Below, piece by piece: positions 51,507-60,233 of a DNA stretch of 64,000 nt. Source of the stretch: an uncultured Gemmatimonadales bacterium (lineage in GTDB: Bacteria; Gemmatimonadota; Gemmatimonadetes; Longimicrobiales; Longimicrobiaceae); contig OY970303.1 in NCBI GenBank assembly GCA_963716255.1, positions 2,592,001 through 2,656,000 on the forward strand. The letters are read 5' to 3'. The translations under genes were made by a program, and so were the position numbers. Below the pieces are notes generated by a model. The model worked only from the letters and a program-made list of their open reading frames with translations. It was not told the origin of the DNA and ran no database searches. How positions within the stretch are numbered: the first letter of the stretch is position 1; each line of letters starts with the position of its first letter.

Positions 51507-52928
51507 CTACTCCACGTATGTCTCGAAGAACCCCGGCAGCCGCCCCACCACCCGGCCCCGCTCCTCCACCGTGGCCACGCCGCGCATCTGCACGAACCAG
51601 CGGCCGGCGGATGCGGGGCCCGTGTCCGTGACGTGCGCCGCCCGCACGTCGATCCTCACCCGCAGCCCCCGCCGCGCGTCCTCGAACTCCATGGCGCGGG
51701 GGACGCGAACCGCCCGCCCGTCCTCCGCCCGCACCGTCTGCATCATCGTGTAACGCAGCGGCCCCGGCCGGTACACGCCCCGCGCCCCCCGCCCGTCCAC
51801 CAGGTACGCGAACAGCCCCTGCGTGCCCGTGGAGTCGCCGCGCACCACCCCGTACAGCAGCGACAGCGCGCTGTCCGACGCCGATCCCCACTCCCAGGTG
51901 ACGTTCCGCCAGGTGCCCCAGTTGTGGTCGTGGTACGCCTGCGCGCCGCTCACGCGCTCGCAGCGCGGCGCGCACACTGTCCCCTCCGCGCGGGCGAAGA
52001 GCGCCGGCACCACGTATCCCGACACCAGCCCCTCGCCGCCCAGGTCCGTGGGCGGGAAGTAGCGGCGCGGCGCCGGCCGCACGCGCAGGTCCACCCGCGC
52101 GTCCCCCGCGGCGGCCACCACCCGGTAGTCGCCGCCCTCCAGCCGCACGAACGCGTCGTCCGCGAATCGCAGGTCGGGCGACGCCGTGTCGAAGCGCACC
52201 CCCTGCCGGAGGATGCGCTCCAGCGAGCGGTGCCGGCCGTCCCGCTCGCGGACGGTGACCAGCACCCGGCCGCCCCACCTCCCCGGCGTGTCCAGCCGCC
52301 CCGCCACCATCAGCGTCACGTACACCCAGCGGTCCGCGTCCAGCACCACGTTGAAGTAGTGCCACTCCGCCCAGGTGGAATCGCGCGCCGCCGCGCCGGT
52401 GGGGAGGTGGAAGCGGTCCATCTCCCGGGACAGCTCCGGCCGCGTGGGCGCCGTCCAGCGCCGGTCCGCCTCGCTGTCCACCCAGCGCCCCGCCGTGAGC
52501 GCCGGCGCCGCCCCCGCCATCCGCGCCCGGCTGGGCACCTCGCCCGATGCCACCGCCTTCCAGGTGCGCCCCCGCGCCGCGAGCTCCACCTGCTTGCCGT
52601 CCAGCACCGGGCTTCCCCCGAGGATCCCGAGCGCCTCCCGCCCCCGTTCCGACTCCAGGATCTCCCGCTGGATGAAGCGCGCGTGGTCCACCCCCAGGAA
52701 GAGCGAGGACACCCCGCCCGCCTTGAGCATCTCCGTGCTCACCCCTGCCGGCACCAGCACCACGTCGCCGCCGCCCACCAGCGCGCGGTCGCGGGCCTGC
52801 TCCAGCATCGCCTCGCCCACCGCAAGCAGCACCACCATCACCGCCACCCCCAGCGCGTAGCCGCCCAGGAGGAAGAGCGCCCGCCCCGGGCGGTGGCGGA
52901 GCTCCGCGATCGCCAGGCGGAGGATCAT
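51507..52928 (-). CDS. MacB-type permease N-terminus fused to a CrtC/AttH-like lipocalin-fold domain
   Basis: LRHRPGRALFLLGG TM start; WAEWHYFN and YHDHNWG motifs. Confidence 0.72.
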   Translation of the reverse strand: MILRLAIAELRHRPGRALFLLGGYALGVAVMVVLLAVGEAMLEQARDRALVGGGDVVLVPAGVSTEMLKAGGVSSLFLGVDHARFIQREILESERGREALGILGGSPVLDGKQVELAARGRTWKAVASGEVPSRARMAGAAPALTAGRWVDSEADRRWTAPTRPELSREMDRFHLPTGAAARDSTWAEWHYFNVVLDADRWVYVTLMVAGRLDTPGRWGGRVLVTVRERDGRHRSLERILRQGVRFDTASPDLRFADDAFVRLEGGDYRVVAAAGDARVDLRVRPAPRRYFPPTDLGGEGLVSGYVVPALFARAEGTVCAPRCERVSGAQAYHDHNWGTWRNVTWEWGSASDSALSLLYGVVRGDSTGTQGLFAYLVDGRGARGVYRPGPLRYTMMQTVRAEDGRAVRVPRAMEFEDARRGLRVRIDVRAAHVTDTGPASAGRWFVQMRGVATVEERGRVVGRLPGFFETYVE

Positions 52929-53614
52929 GCGCCCGGCCGCCCGTCGGCCACCACGACGCCGTCCGCCATCTCCACCAGGCGGCCGGCGCGGCCGGCCACC
53001 GTGGCATCGTGCGTCACGATCACCATGCTGGTCCCGTCCGCGTTCAGCTTCCCGAAAAGCCCGATGATCTCTTCGCCGGTGCGGCGGTCCAGCTCCCCCG
53101 TGGGCTCGTCCGCGAAGAGAAGGCGCGGCCGGTTCGCCAGCGCCCGCGCGATCGCCACCCGCTGCTGCTCGCCGCCGGAAAGGTGCGGCGGCCGGTGCCC
53201 CGCCCGGTGCGCCAGCCCCACGTACTCCAGCAGCTCGCGGGCGCGGGCGCGGCGCTCCGCCCGGGGCATGCCCGCCTCCGCCATGGGAAACTCCACGTTC
53301 TCGGTCGCCGTGAGCACCGCCAGCAGGTGGAAGCGCTGGAAGATGAAGCCCACCTCGCGCAGCCGCAGCTTCGACCGGGCCCCTTCGTCCAGCGCGCCCA
53401 GCTCGCGGCCCAGCAGGCGCACCGTCCCCGCGGTGGGCGGGTCGATGCCGGCCAGCACGTTGAGCAGCGAGCTCTTGCCGCACCCGGAGGGCCCCACGAT
53501 CGCCACCATCTCGCCGGCCTCCACGTCCAGGTCCACGCCCCGCAGCGCGTGCACGGCGTCGCCCTGGTAGGGGTATTCCTTGACGATCCCCCGCGCCTCG
53601 ATCACACGGCTCAT
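52925..53614 (-). CDS. ABC transporter ATP-binding protein (LolD/MacB family)
   Basis: GPSGCGKS, LSGGEQQRVAIARAL, ADEPTG. Confidence 0.95.
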   Translation of the reverse strand: MSRVIEARGIVKEYPYQGDAVHALRGVDLDVEAGEMVAIVGPSGCGKSSLLNVLAGIDPPTAGTVRLLGRELGALDEGARSKLRLREVGFIFQRFHLLAVLTATENVEFPMAEAGMPRAERRARARELLEYVGLAHRAGHRPPHLSGGEQQRVAIARALANRPRLLFADEPTGELDRRTGEEIIGLFGKLNADGTSMVIVTHDATVAGRAGRLVEMADGVVVADGRPGA

Positions 53615-53731
53615 GCGTCGTTTGTCATTCGAGCGATTCCGCTGGTTCTGCGTGTGGGGCCGCTCCGGAGCCGGACGATACAGCCGTCCGTCTCCCTCCG
53701 CGACATCATGTGGGAACGGCAGGGAACGGCG

Positions 53732-53838
53732 GCCCCCTCCCCCCGGCCCTCTCCCAGAATTGGGAGAGGGTGGCGAGCCTCAAGCGAGCCGGGTGAGGGC
53801 CGTGGTGGCGCTTCACGCTGCGCGTGAACCGAATGAAG
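53732..53838 (+). repeat. Modules B2 and C inside the ABC operon
   Basis: CCCTCTCCCAGAATTGGGAGAGGG... then CTTCACGCTGCGCGTGAACCGAATGAAG. Confidence 0.75.
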
Positions 53839-53866
53839 CAGGCTGTTCCCTGTTCCCTGCCGTTCC

Positions 53867-55045
53867 TCACTCCGCCTCCTCGCGCAGCGCCTGCCCCAGC
53901 GGCGCGCGCACCGCGCCCCAACCGGGCAGGCATCCCGCGACGGCGCCCACCAGGATCACCGTCCCCAGCGCCAGCGCCACCCTCCCCGGGCGGAAGACGA
54001 AGAACGTCACCCCGGCGGGGAGGCCGGGAAAGGCAAGGAGGATGCGGTCCAGTCGCTCCGCCATCCACAGCCCCAGCGGCAGCCCCAGCGCGCAGCCGAT
54101 GCCCGCGAGCACCAGGCCCTCCACCACCACCCCCAGCAGGATCCGCCCGCGCGCCACCCCCATCGCCCGCAGCGTTGCGATCTCGCCGAAGCGCTCCCGC
54201 ACCCCGATGGTGATGATGGTGGCCACCAGCAGCGCGGTGACCACCAGCGCCACGCTCCCCAGGATGGTGGCGAGCTGGCGGAAGTAGGTGAGGCGGCGGC
54301 TGGTCTCCGCGATCAGCTCCGCCGTGGAGTACACCGACACCGTGGGCACCACCCGCCCGATCCGCTCCGCCAGCGCCGTCGCGTCGGTCCCCTCCGCCGC
54401 CGCCACCCCGAAGAGCGACACCTGGTCCGCGCGGTCCGTCGCCGCCTGCACCTCGCCCAGCGGGAGCGCCGCCGAGCGCTGGTCCGCGTAGTCGTAGATG
54501 AAGTCCGCCACCGCGCTCACCCGGTACGCGCGCGTTCCCCGCGGGCGGCCCAGCGACACGTCCAGCTGCGGCGCCAGGAGCAGCGTGCTCCCCGGGCGCA
54601 GCCCCTCCTGCCGGGCGAGCGGGGCGCTCACCACCGCCTCCCCCGCCCCGGGAGGGCGGCCGTCGGTGATGCGGTACAGCATCTCCGCGCGGGGGTCCGT
54701 CCCGGTGACGAACACCGGCTCCCCCGCGCTGTCGCCGCGCAGCGGGTAGAACTGCGCACCCAGCACCGGCGCCACCCCGGCCACTCCCGGCACCCCCGCG
54801 ATCCGCCGCGCCACCGAGCCCGCGTCGCGGATGGTGGCCTCGCTGTCGAAGGGGAGGATCCCGCGCGGCGTCACCCGCAGCGCGTAGCCCCGCGCGCCCA
54901 GCAGCTCGCCGAACGAGTCGGTGAGCCCCGAGGCTAGCATGGTCATGTCCAGCAGCAGCGCCGCCGAGATCCCGATCCCCGCCAGCGCCAGCGCCGTCCG
55001 GCTGCGGCGGCGGAAGAGCGCGCGCAGCGACGAGGAAACGATCAT
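53867..55045 (-). CDS. ABC transporter permease (FtsX/MacB family)
   Basis: RRRSRTALALAGIG, ERFGEIATLRAMG; four TM segments. Confidence 0.92.
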   Translation of the reverse strand: MIVSSSLRALFRRRSRTALALAGIGISAALLLDMTMLASGLTDSFGELLGARGYALRVTPRGILPFDSEATIRDAGSVARRIAGVPGVAGVAPVLGAQFYPLRGDSAGEPVFVTGTDPRAEMLYRITDGRPPGAGEAVVSAPLARQEGLRPGSTLLLAPQLDVSLGRPRGTRAYRVSAVADFIYDYADQRSAALPLGEVQAATDRADQVSLFGVAAAEGTDATALAERIGRVVPTVSVYSTAELIAETSRRLTYFRQLATILGSVALVVTALLVATIITIGVRERFGEIATLRAMGVARGRILLGVVVEGLVLAGIGCALGLPLGLWMAERLDRILLAFPGLPAGVTFFVFRPGRVALALGTVILVGAVAGCLPGWGAVRAPLGQALREEAE

Positions 55046-55854
55046 CCGCGCTCACCCAGGCGTTGCGGCGGCACGTTCACCACACGCCACGCCGCCGCCG
55101 CCCCGGCCGCCGCGCCCAGCCCCAGCCCGAGAAGCGCCGCCAGCAGCACGATGCGCGGCGTCACCAGCGCGAAGCGCAGCGTGGTGTCGTAGTAGACCGC
55201 GTAGTAGGCGTTCACCACCTTCGAGATCAGCACGCCGAGCCCCGCCCCCGCCGCGCTCCCCAGCAGCGCGATCCCAATCGCCTCCAGCACGATGGAGCGG
55301 AACACCGTCCCGCGCGACACGCCCACCAGGCGCAGCATCCCCATGTCACGCCTGCGCTCGTCCACGCGGATGATCATCACGCACAGCAGGAAGATGGCGC
55401 TCGCCAGGATGGTGACGATGCCGATGGCGCGGTGGAAGCGCGACACCACCCGGAAGGTGGCGCTGGTCTGCTCCGCCAGCGCCGCGCTCCCGAAGGCCCG
55501 CGTGCCGAACGCCAGTCCCTCCACCCAGCGCGCCGCCGAGTCCGGCGAGGCGCCGGGGGCCAGCACGATGGCGAAGCGGTCCACCCGGTCGGGCGCGCCC
55601 AGCACCTCGGCCAGGTCGGGGAGGTGGAAACGCACCTCGAACTCGTTGCGGGCAATGCGGTTGGGATCCGCGGCGCGCTCGAACACCCCCGCCACCACGA
55701 ACGGGCGCGGCGCGGCGTCGCTCGCCAGGGCGCGCACGGCGACCGTGTCGCCCGGGGAGAGGGGGACGCTCTCTGCCAGGCGGCGCTCCACCAGGATCCC
55801 CGGCGCCGGCACCTGGAGCGCCGCCGCGAGGGCGAGAACCGAAAGCATGCTCAT
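55042..55854 (-). CDS. Short FtsX-like ABC permease
   Basis: ERRRDMGMLRLVG, three C-terminal TM segments, signal-like N-terminus. Confidence 0.85.
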   Translation of the reverse strand: MSMLSVLALAAALQVPAPGILVERRLAESVPLSPGDTVAVRALASDAAPRPFVVAGVFERAADPNRIARNEFEVRFHLPDLAEVLGAPDRVDRFAIVLAPGASPDSAARWVEGLAFGTRAFGSAALAEQTSATFRVVSRFHRAIGIVTILASAIFLLCVMIIRVDERRRDMGMLRLVGVSRGTVFRSIVLEAIGIALLGSAAGAGLGVLISKVVNAYYAVYYDTTLRFALVTPRIVLLAALLGLGLGAAAGAAAAWRVVNVPPQRLGERG

Positions 55855-56107
55855 GGGCGGCGTGATGGTACGCGTGCGCCGCGCCGGCGTGCAGCGCGCC
55901 GCGGCAGAGGCCCCGAGCTGCATGCACGAGCCGGTCCAGCCCCCAGGTACGCAGCCGTGGACGGATCCCCGAACAGAATCCGAATATCCGCAATCTTTCC
56001 GGGCGAGACCACCTGTTTTCTGGACGGGCGGATCGCCCGCAGGCGGCTGGGCGACAGGGGATCCGCCGGGGCTCGCTCCTGAGCTTTTTCCGGATCATCC
56101 GTTTTCT

Positions 56108-56146
56108 TCGTTCAGAATTGACTGAACGATCTTAACGCGTTATCTT
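56108..56146 (+). promoter_or_regulatory. Operator TCGTTCAG-N6-CTGAACGA over promoter TTGACT-N17-TATCTT
   Basis: Perfect 8-bp inverted repeat overlapping the -35 of the GbsR-like gene. Confidence 0.72.
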
Positions 56147-56177
56147 CCCGGGTCTTGGAAGCACCCGAACCGGAGCG

Positions 56178-56678
56178 ATGATGCACCCAGCCGTCCAGCA
56201 GTTCGTCGAGCGAATGGGGCTGATGATGGAGGCCGACGGGCTCCCGCGCAGCGCGGGGCGCATCTTCGGCTTCCTGCTCCTGGCGGAGACCCCGTTCTCG
56301 CTGGACGAGATGGCGGAAAAGCTCCAGGTGAGCAAGGCCTCGGTGAGTACCAACGCGCGGCTCCTGGAGCAGGCGGGGCTGCTGGAGCGCAGCGGCGCCC
56401 CCGGCGACCGGCGCGACTTCTACCGCATGCGGCCGGACGCGTGGGAGCAGATGCTCCGGGTGGCGCACCGGCGCTGGGAAAGCATGCAGGCCGCGCTCGC
56501 CGAGGGCGAGGCCTCGCTCCCCGAGGAGATGACGGTGGCGCGCGGCCGCCTGGCCGAGGCGGGCCGCTTCCACGAGTTCCTGCTGGGCGAGGGCGGCACC
56601 CTCCTGGCCCGCTGGCGCGCCGGGGAAGCCGCGGCCGCGCCCGGGGCCGGGGCCGGGGCCGGACGCCGGGCTTCCTGA
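56178..56678 (+). CDS. GbsR/MarR family transcriptional regulator
   Basis: GLPRSAGRIFGFLL, SLDEMAEKLQVSKASVSTNAR, GDRRDFY. Confidence 0.9.
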   Translation: MMHPAVQQFVERMGLMMEADGLPRSAGRIFGFLLLAETPFSLDEMAEKLQVSKASVSTNARLLEQAGLLERSGAPGDRRDFYRMRPDAWEQMLRVAHRRWESMQAALAEGEASLPEEMTVARGRLAEAGRFHEFLLGEGGTLLARWRAGEAAAAPGAGAGAGRRAS

Positions 56679-56704
56679 AGGCGGAGGGCGGGAGCTGGGT
56701 AGAA

Positions 56705-56746
56705 TGCAAGCAAGCGCTTGCTTGCAGCGCGGGCGGGGGATAGATT
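56705..56746 (+). promoter_or_regulatory. 22-bp palindromic operator plus promoter TTGCTT-N17-TAGATT
   Basis: TGCAAGCAAGCGCTTGCTTGCA (56705-56726); the -10 ends 6 nt before the TetR ATG. Confidence 0.72.
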
Positions 56747-56752
56747 CGGCGC

Positions 56753-57373
56753 ATGGACGTACGAGACAAGCTTCTGAGCGCGGCGCTGCGGGTCTTCGAG
56801 GAGAGCGGGTCCCGCGGAGCCACCACCCGGCGGATCGCCAGCGAGGCCGGCGTCAACGAGGTCACGCTGTTCCGCCACTTCGGCTCCAAGAGCGCCCTGC
56901 TGAGCGAGGCGCTCCAGGCCGCGGCCCGGCAGAACCTGGTGACCGGGCTCCCCGCAGAGCCGCGCGACCCGGAGTGCGAGCTGACCCGGTGGTGCCGGAC
57001 GCACCTGGCCCACCTGTACGGCGCCCGCTCCATGATCCGCACCTGCATGGGCGAGTTCGAGCAGGACCCGGAGATCGCCGGGTGCGCGTCGGCGACCCCG
57101 GCGCGCGTCTCCGACGAGCTGCACGGCTACCTGCTGCGGCTGCGGGAGCGCGGCATGGCCGCCGGCGACTTCGACGCGCGCGCCGCCGCCTCCATGCTGA
57201 TGGGCGCGCTGTTCACCGACGCCATGGGGCGCGACATGATGCCCGAGAAGTACGGCTACTCCGCCGAGGAAGCGCCGGCCAAGTACGTGACGCTCTTCCT
57301 GCGGGCCATCGGCGCGAAGCCGGCCCGCGGCGCGGTCCCGGAGGGGGAAGCGGCACCCGCCGGGGACGCATGA
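56753..57373 (+). CDS. TetR/AcrR family transcriptional regulator
   Basis: ATTRRIASEAGVNEVTLFRHFGSK. Confidence 0.94.
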   Translation: MDVRDKLLSAALRVFEESGSRGATTRRIASEAGVNEVTLFRHFGSKSALLSEALQAAARQNLVTGLPAEPRDPECELTRWCRTHLAHLYGARSMIRTCMGEFEQDPEIAGCASATPARVSDELHGYLLRLRERGMAAGDFDARAAASMLMGALFTDAMGRDMMPEKYGYSAEEAPAKYVTLFLRAIGAKPARGAVPEGEAAPAGDA

Positions 57374-57417
57374 GGGGGGAAGTTTCGCAGGGGACCTTTC
57401 GCCAAACGCCAGGATCG

Positions 57418-59043
57418 ATGACCCGATACGCAGGGACGTGGACGTGGGGCCGCGGGGTGGCCGTCTCGGTGATCGCCCTCGCGCTGGCCGCGGCGGGCGC
57501 GGCGGCGCAGACGCCGCAGCCCAGGCCGCTCTCGCTGGAGGAGGCGCTGCGGCTCTCCTCCTCCACCAGCGAGCAGGTGGAGATCGCCCGCGCCGGGATC
57601 ACCCGGGCGCGGGGAAGCCTGCTGCAGGCGCGCTCCGCCGCGCTGCCGCAGCTGAACGGCACGGCATCGTACTCGCGGGCGCTCGCCAGCCAGTTCGAGG
57701 GACTGAGCGGAGGCGGCGCGGACAGCACCGTCACGCCGCCCTACTGCGTGGGCGAGTTCGCGCCCGACCCCGCGCTGCCCGTGGAGCAGCGGCTGCTGCA
57801 GGTGGAGCAGCGGCTCACCTGCCCCGGCGGCGGCCTGGGGGGGATCGACTTCAGCAACATCGGCTTCGGCGCCGAGAACACCTACAACGCGGGGCTCAAC
57901 CTCGCCTGGAACGTGTTCAGCGGCGGGCGCAACCAGGCGCTCACGCGGGTGGCGCGCGCCGGGCGCGAGGTGGCCGAGATCTCCCTGGGCTCGGCCGAGG
58001 CGCAGACCCAGCTGGACGTGACGCAGGCGTACTTCGACGCCCGCCTGTCCGACCAGCTCCTGCAGATCGCCGAGGCCACCCTGGCGCAGTCGGACGAGAC
58101 GCTCCGGCTCACCGAGCTGGGCGCGCGCGTGGGGCAGCAGGCCGAGTTCGACGTGCTGCGCGCCCGCGTGGCCCGCGACAACCAGCGGCCCGCGGTGATC
58201 CAGCGGCGCTCCGCGCGCGACCTGGCGTACGACCGGCTGCGCACCCTGCTCGACATCCCCCAGGGGCAGCCGCTGGAGCTGACCACCCCGCTGGACGGGG
58301 GCACCCCGCCGGTGGAGACGCCCGACAGCGCGTCCGGCCGCGCGCCGGTGCGGCAGGCCGAGCAGCAGGTGGCGGTGCAGCGGGCGCAGCTCGCCATCGC
58401 CCGGTCGCAGCGGCTCCCCAGCATCAGCCTGACGTCGCAGTACGGGCAGGTGGCCTTCGCCCGCAACCTGTTCCCGGAGCTGAACAGCTTCCGCGACAAC
58501 TGGACGGTGGGCGCCGCGCTGCAGATCCCCGTCTTCACCGGCGGCCGCATCCGCGGCGAGGTGCTCTCGGCCGAGGCCAACGTGGTGGAGGCCCGCGCGC
58601 AGCTGGACCAGGTTCGCGAGCTGGCCGAGCTGGACACCCGCAGCGCCTACTCGCAGCTGGAGGCCGCGCGCGCCACCTGGGAGGCCAGCTCGGGGACGGT
58701 GGAGCAGGCCGAGCGGGCGTACGCGATCGCCGAGATCCGCTTCCGCGAGGGGATCTCCACCCAGATCGAGCTGACGGACGCGCGCATCCTGCTGGAGCAG
58801 GCGCGCACCAACCGGGCCTCCGCCGCGCGCGACCTGCAGGTGGCGCGGGTGCGGGTCGCCCTTCTCCCCTACCTCCCGCTCTCCGCGGCGGGCGCGAGCA
58901 CCCAGGCGCAGGGCACCGGGTCCACCTCCGGCTTCTCGCAGACGCAGTCGCAGACGGGCGCGGGGCAGGCCTCGCGGCAGGGCGCCCAGGGCGGGACGGG
59001 CGCGCAGCAGGGCACCAGCGGCATTCCCGGGCAGAGCTTCTGA
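57418..59043 (+). CDS. TolC family outer-membrane efflux protein
   Basis: Signal peptide, LSLEEAL, ARSQRLPSISL, LQIPVFTGGR; operon context. Confidence 0.9.
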   Translation: MTRYAGTWTWGRGVAVSVIALALAAAGAAAQTPQPRPLSLEEALRLSSSTSEQVEIARAGITRARGSLLQARSAALPQLNGTASYSRALASQFEGLSGGGADSTVTPPYCVGEFAPDPALPVEQRLLQVEQRLTCPGGGLGGIDFSNIGFGAENTYNAGLNLAWNVFSGGRNQALTRVARAGREVAEISLGSAEAQTQLDVTQAYFDARLSDQLLQIAEATLAQSDETLRLTELGARVGQQAEFDVLRARVARDNQRPAVIQRRSARDLAYDRLRTLLDIPQGQPLELTTPLDGGTPPVETPDSASGRAPVRQAEQQVAVQRAQLAIARSQRLPSISLTSQYGQVAFARNLFPELNSFRDNWTVGAALQIPVFTGGRIRGEVLSAEANVVEARAQLDQVRELAELDTRSAYSQLEAARATWEASSGTVEQAERAYAIAEIRFREGISTQIELTDARILLEQARTNRASAARDLQVARVRVALLPYLPLSAAGASTQAQGTGSTSGFSQTQSQTGAGQASRQGAQGGTGAQQGTSGIPGQSF

Positions 59044-59084
59044 GCAAGCGGCCGGCAACCACGACGAGCGTGAGGAACAGAGCG

Positions 59085-60224
59085 ATGATGGATCGTGCGA
59101 AGAAGGGCCTCCGCAGGAGCCTGCAGGGTGCCGGGCTGGCGGCGGCCACGCTCCTGGCCGCGTGCGGCGGGGAGAGCGACGCCGCGGCCCCCCGGGAGGC
59201 GGCGGTGGTGAACATCGGCCCGGAGAACGTGCTGGTGGTGCAGATGGACGAGCTGCGCAGCGGCCCCACCATCTCCGGGAACCTCAAGGCGGAGCGCGAG
59301 TCCACCGTGCGCGCCGAGATCGGCGGCTCCGTGCTCCAGGTCATGGCCGAGCAGGGCCAGGCGGTGTCGCGCGGGCAGGTGCTGGCCCGGGTGGACGACG
59401 CGGCGCTGCGCGACGCGATGATCTCGGCGCAGTCCATGGTGCGCTCGGCGAGCAACGCGGCGCAGGTGGCCGGCCGCGACGTGGAGCGCACCACGCGCCT
59501 GACGCAGGCCGGGGCGATCGCCCAGCGCGACCTGGACAACGCCCGCAACGCCCAGGTGGCCGCGCAGGCGCAGCTCGCCGACGCGCGCGCCCGGCTCAGC
59601 CAGGCGCAGGAGCAGCAGGGCAAGACGATCATCCGCTCCCCCATCTCCGGGGTGGTGAGCGACCGCCCCGTGAACGCGGGCGACGTGGTGTCGCCGGGGG
59701 GCGCGCTCTTCACCATCGTGGACCCGGGGAGCATGCAGCTGGAGGCCGCGGTGCCGGCGGCGGACCTGGGGCAGCTGCGGGTGGGGGCGCCGGTGCGATT
59801 CACCGTGAGCGGCTACCCCGGCCGGGCCTTCACCGGCAAGGTGCAGCGCATCAACCCCGCGGCAGACCCGGCCACGGGCCAGGTCCCGGTCTTCATCTCC
59901 ATCCCCAACGCCGACGGCAGGCTGGTGGGCGGGCTGTTCGCCGAGGGGCGCGTCGCCACGCAGGAGCGGCAAGCGCTGCTGATCCCCGCCACCTCGGTGG
60001 ACCAGCAGGCGGGCTCGCCCTCGGTGCTGCGCCTGCGCGCCGGCCGGGTGGAGCGGGTGCCGGTGCGCCTGGGCGACACCGACTCGGAGACGGAGCGGGT
60101 GGAGGTCGTCGCCGGGCTGGCCGCGGGGGACACCATCCTCACCGGGGCCGCCGTGGGAACCACGCCGGGCACGCAGGTCCGCGTCGGGCGCCCGGCGCCC
60201 GCCGCGGCGCCGGCGGCACGCTAG
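59085..60224 (+). CDS. RND efflux periplasmic adaptor (MFP)
   Basis: Lipobox LAAC, IRSPISGVV, VNAGDVV. Confidence 0.92.
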   Translation: MMDRAKKGLRRSLQGAGLAAATLLAACGGESDAAAPREAAVVNIGPENVLVVQMDELRSGPTISGNLKAERESTVRAEIGGSVLQVMAEQGQAVSRGQVLARVDDAALRDAMISAQSMVRSASNAAQVAGRDVERTTRLTQAGAIAQRDLDNARNAQVAAQAQLADARARLSQAQEQQGKTIIRSPISGVVSDRPVNAGDVVSPGGALFTIVDPGSMQLEAAVPAADLGQLRVGAPVRFTVSGYPGRAFTGKVQRINPAADPATGQVPVFISIPNADGRLVGGLFAEGRVATQERQALLIPATSVDQQAGSPSVLRLRAGRVERVPVRLGDTDSETERVEVVAGLAAGDTILTGAAVGTTPGTQVRVGRPAPAAAPAAR

Positions 60225-60233
60225 GAGGGAGCG

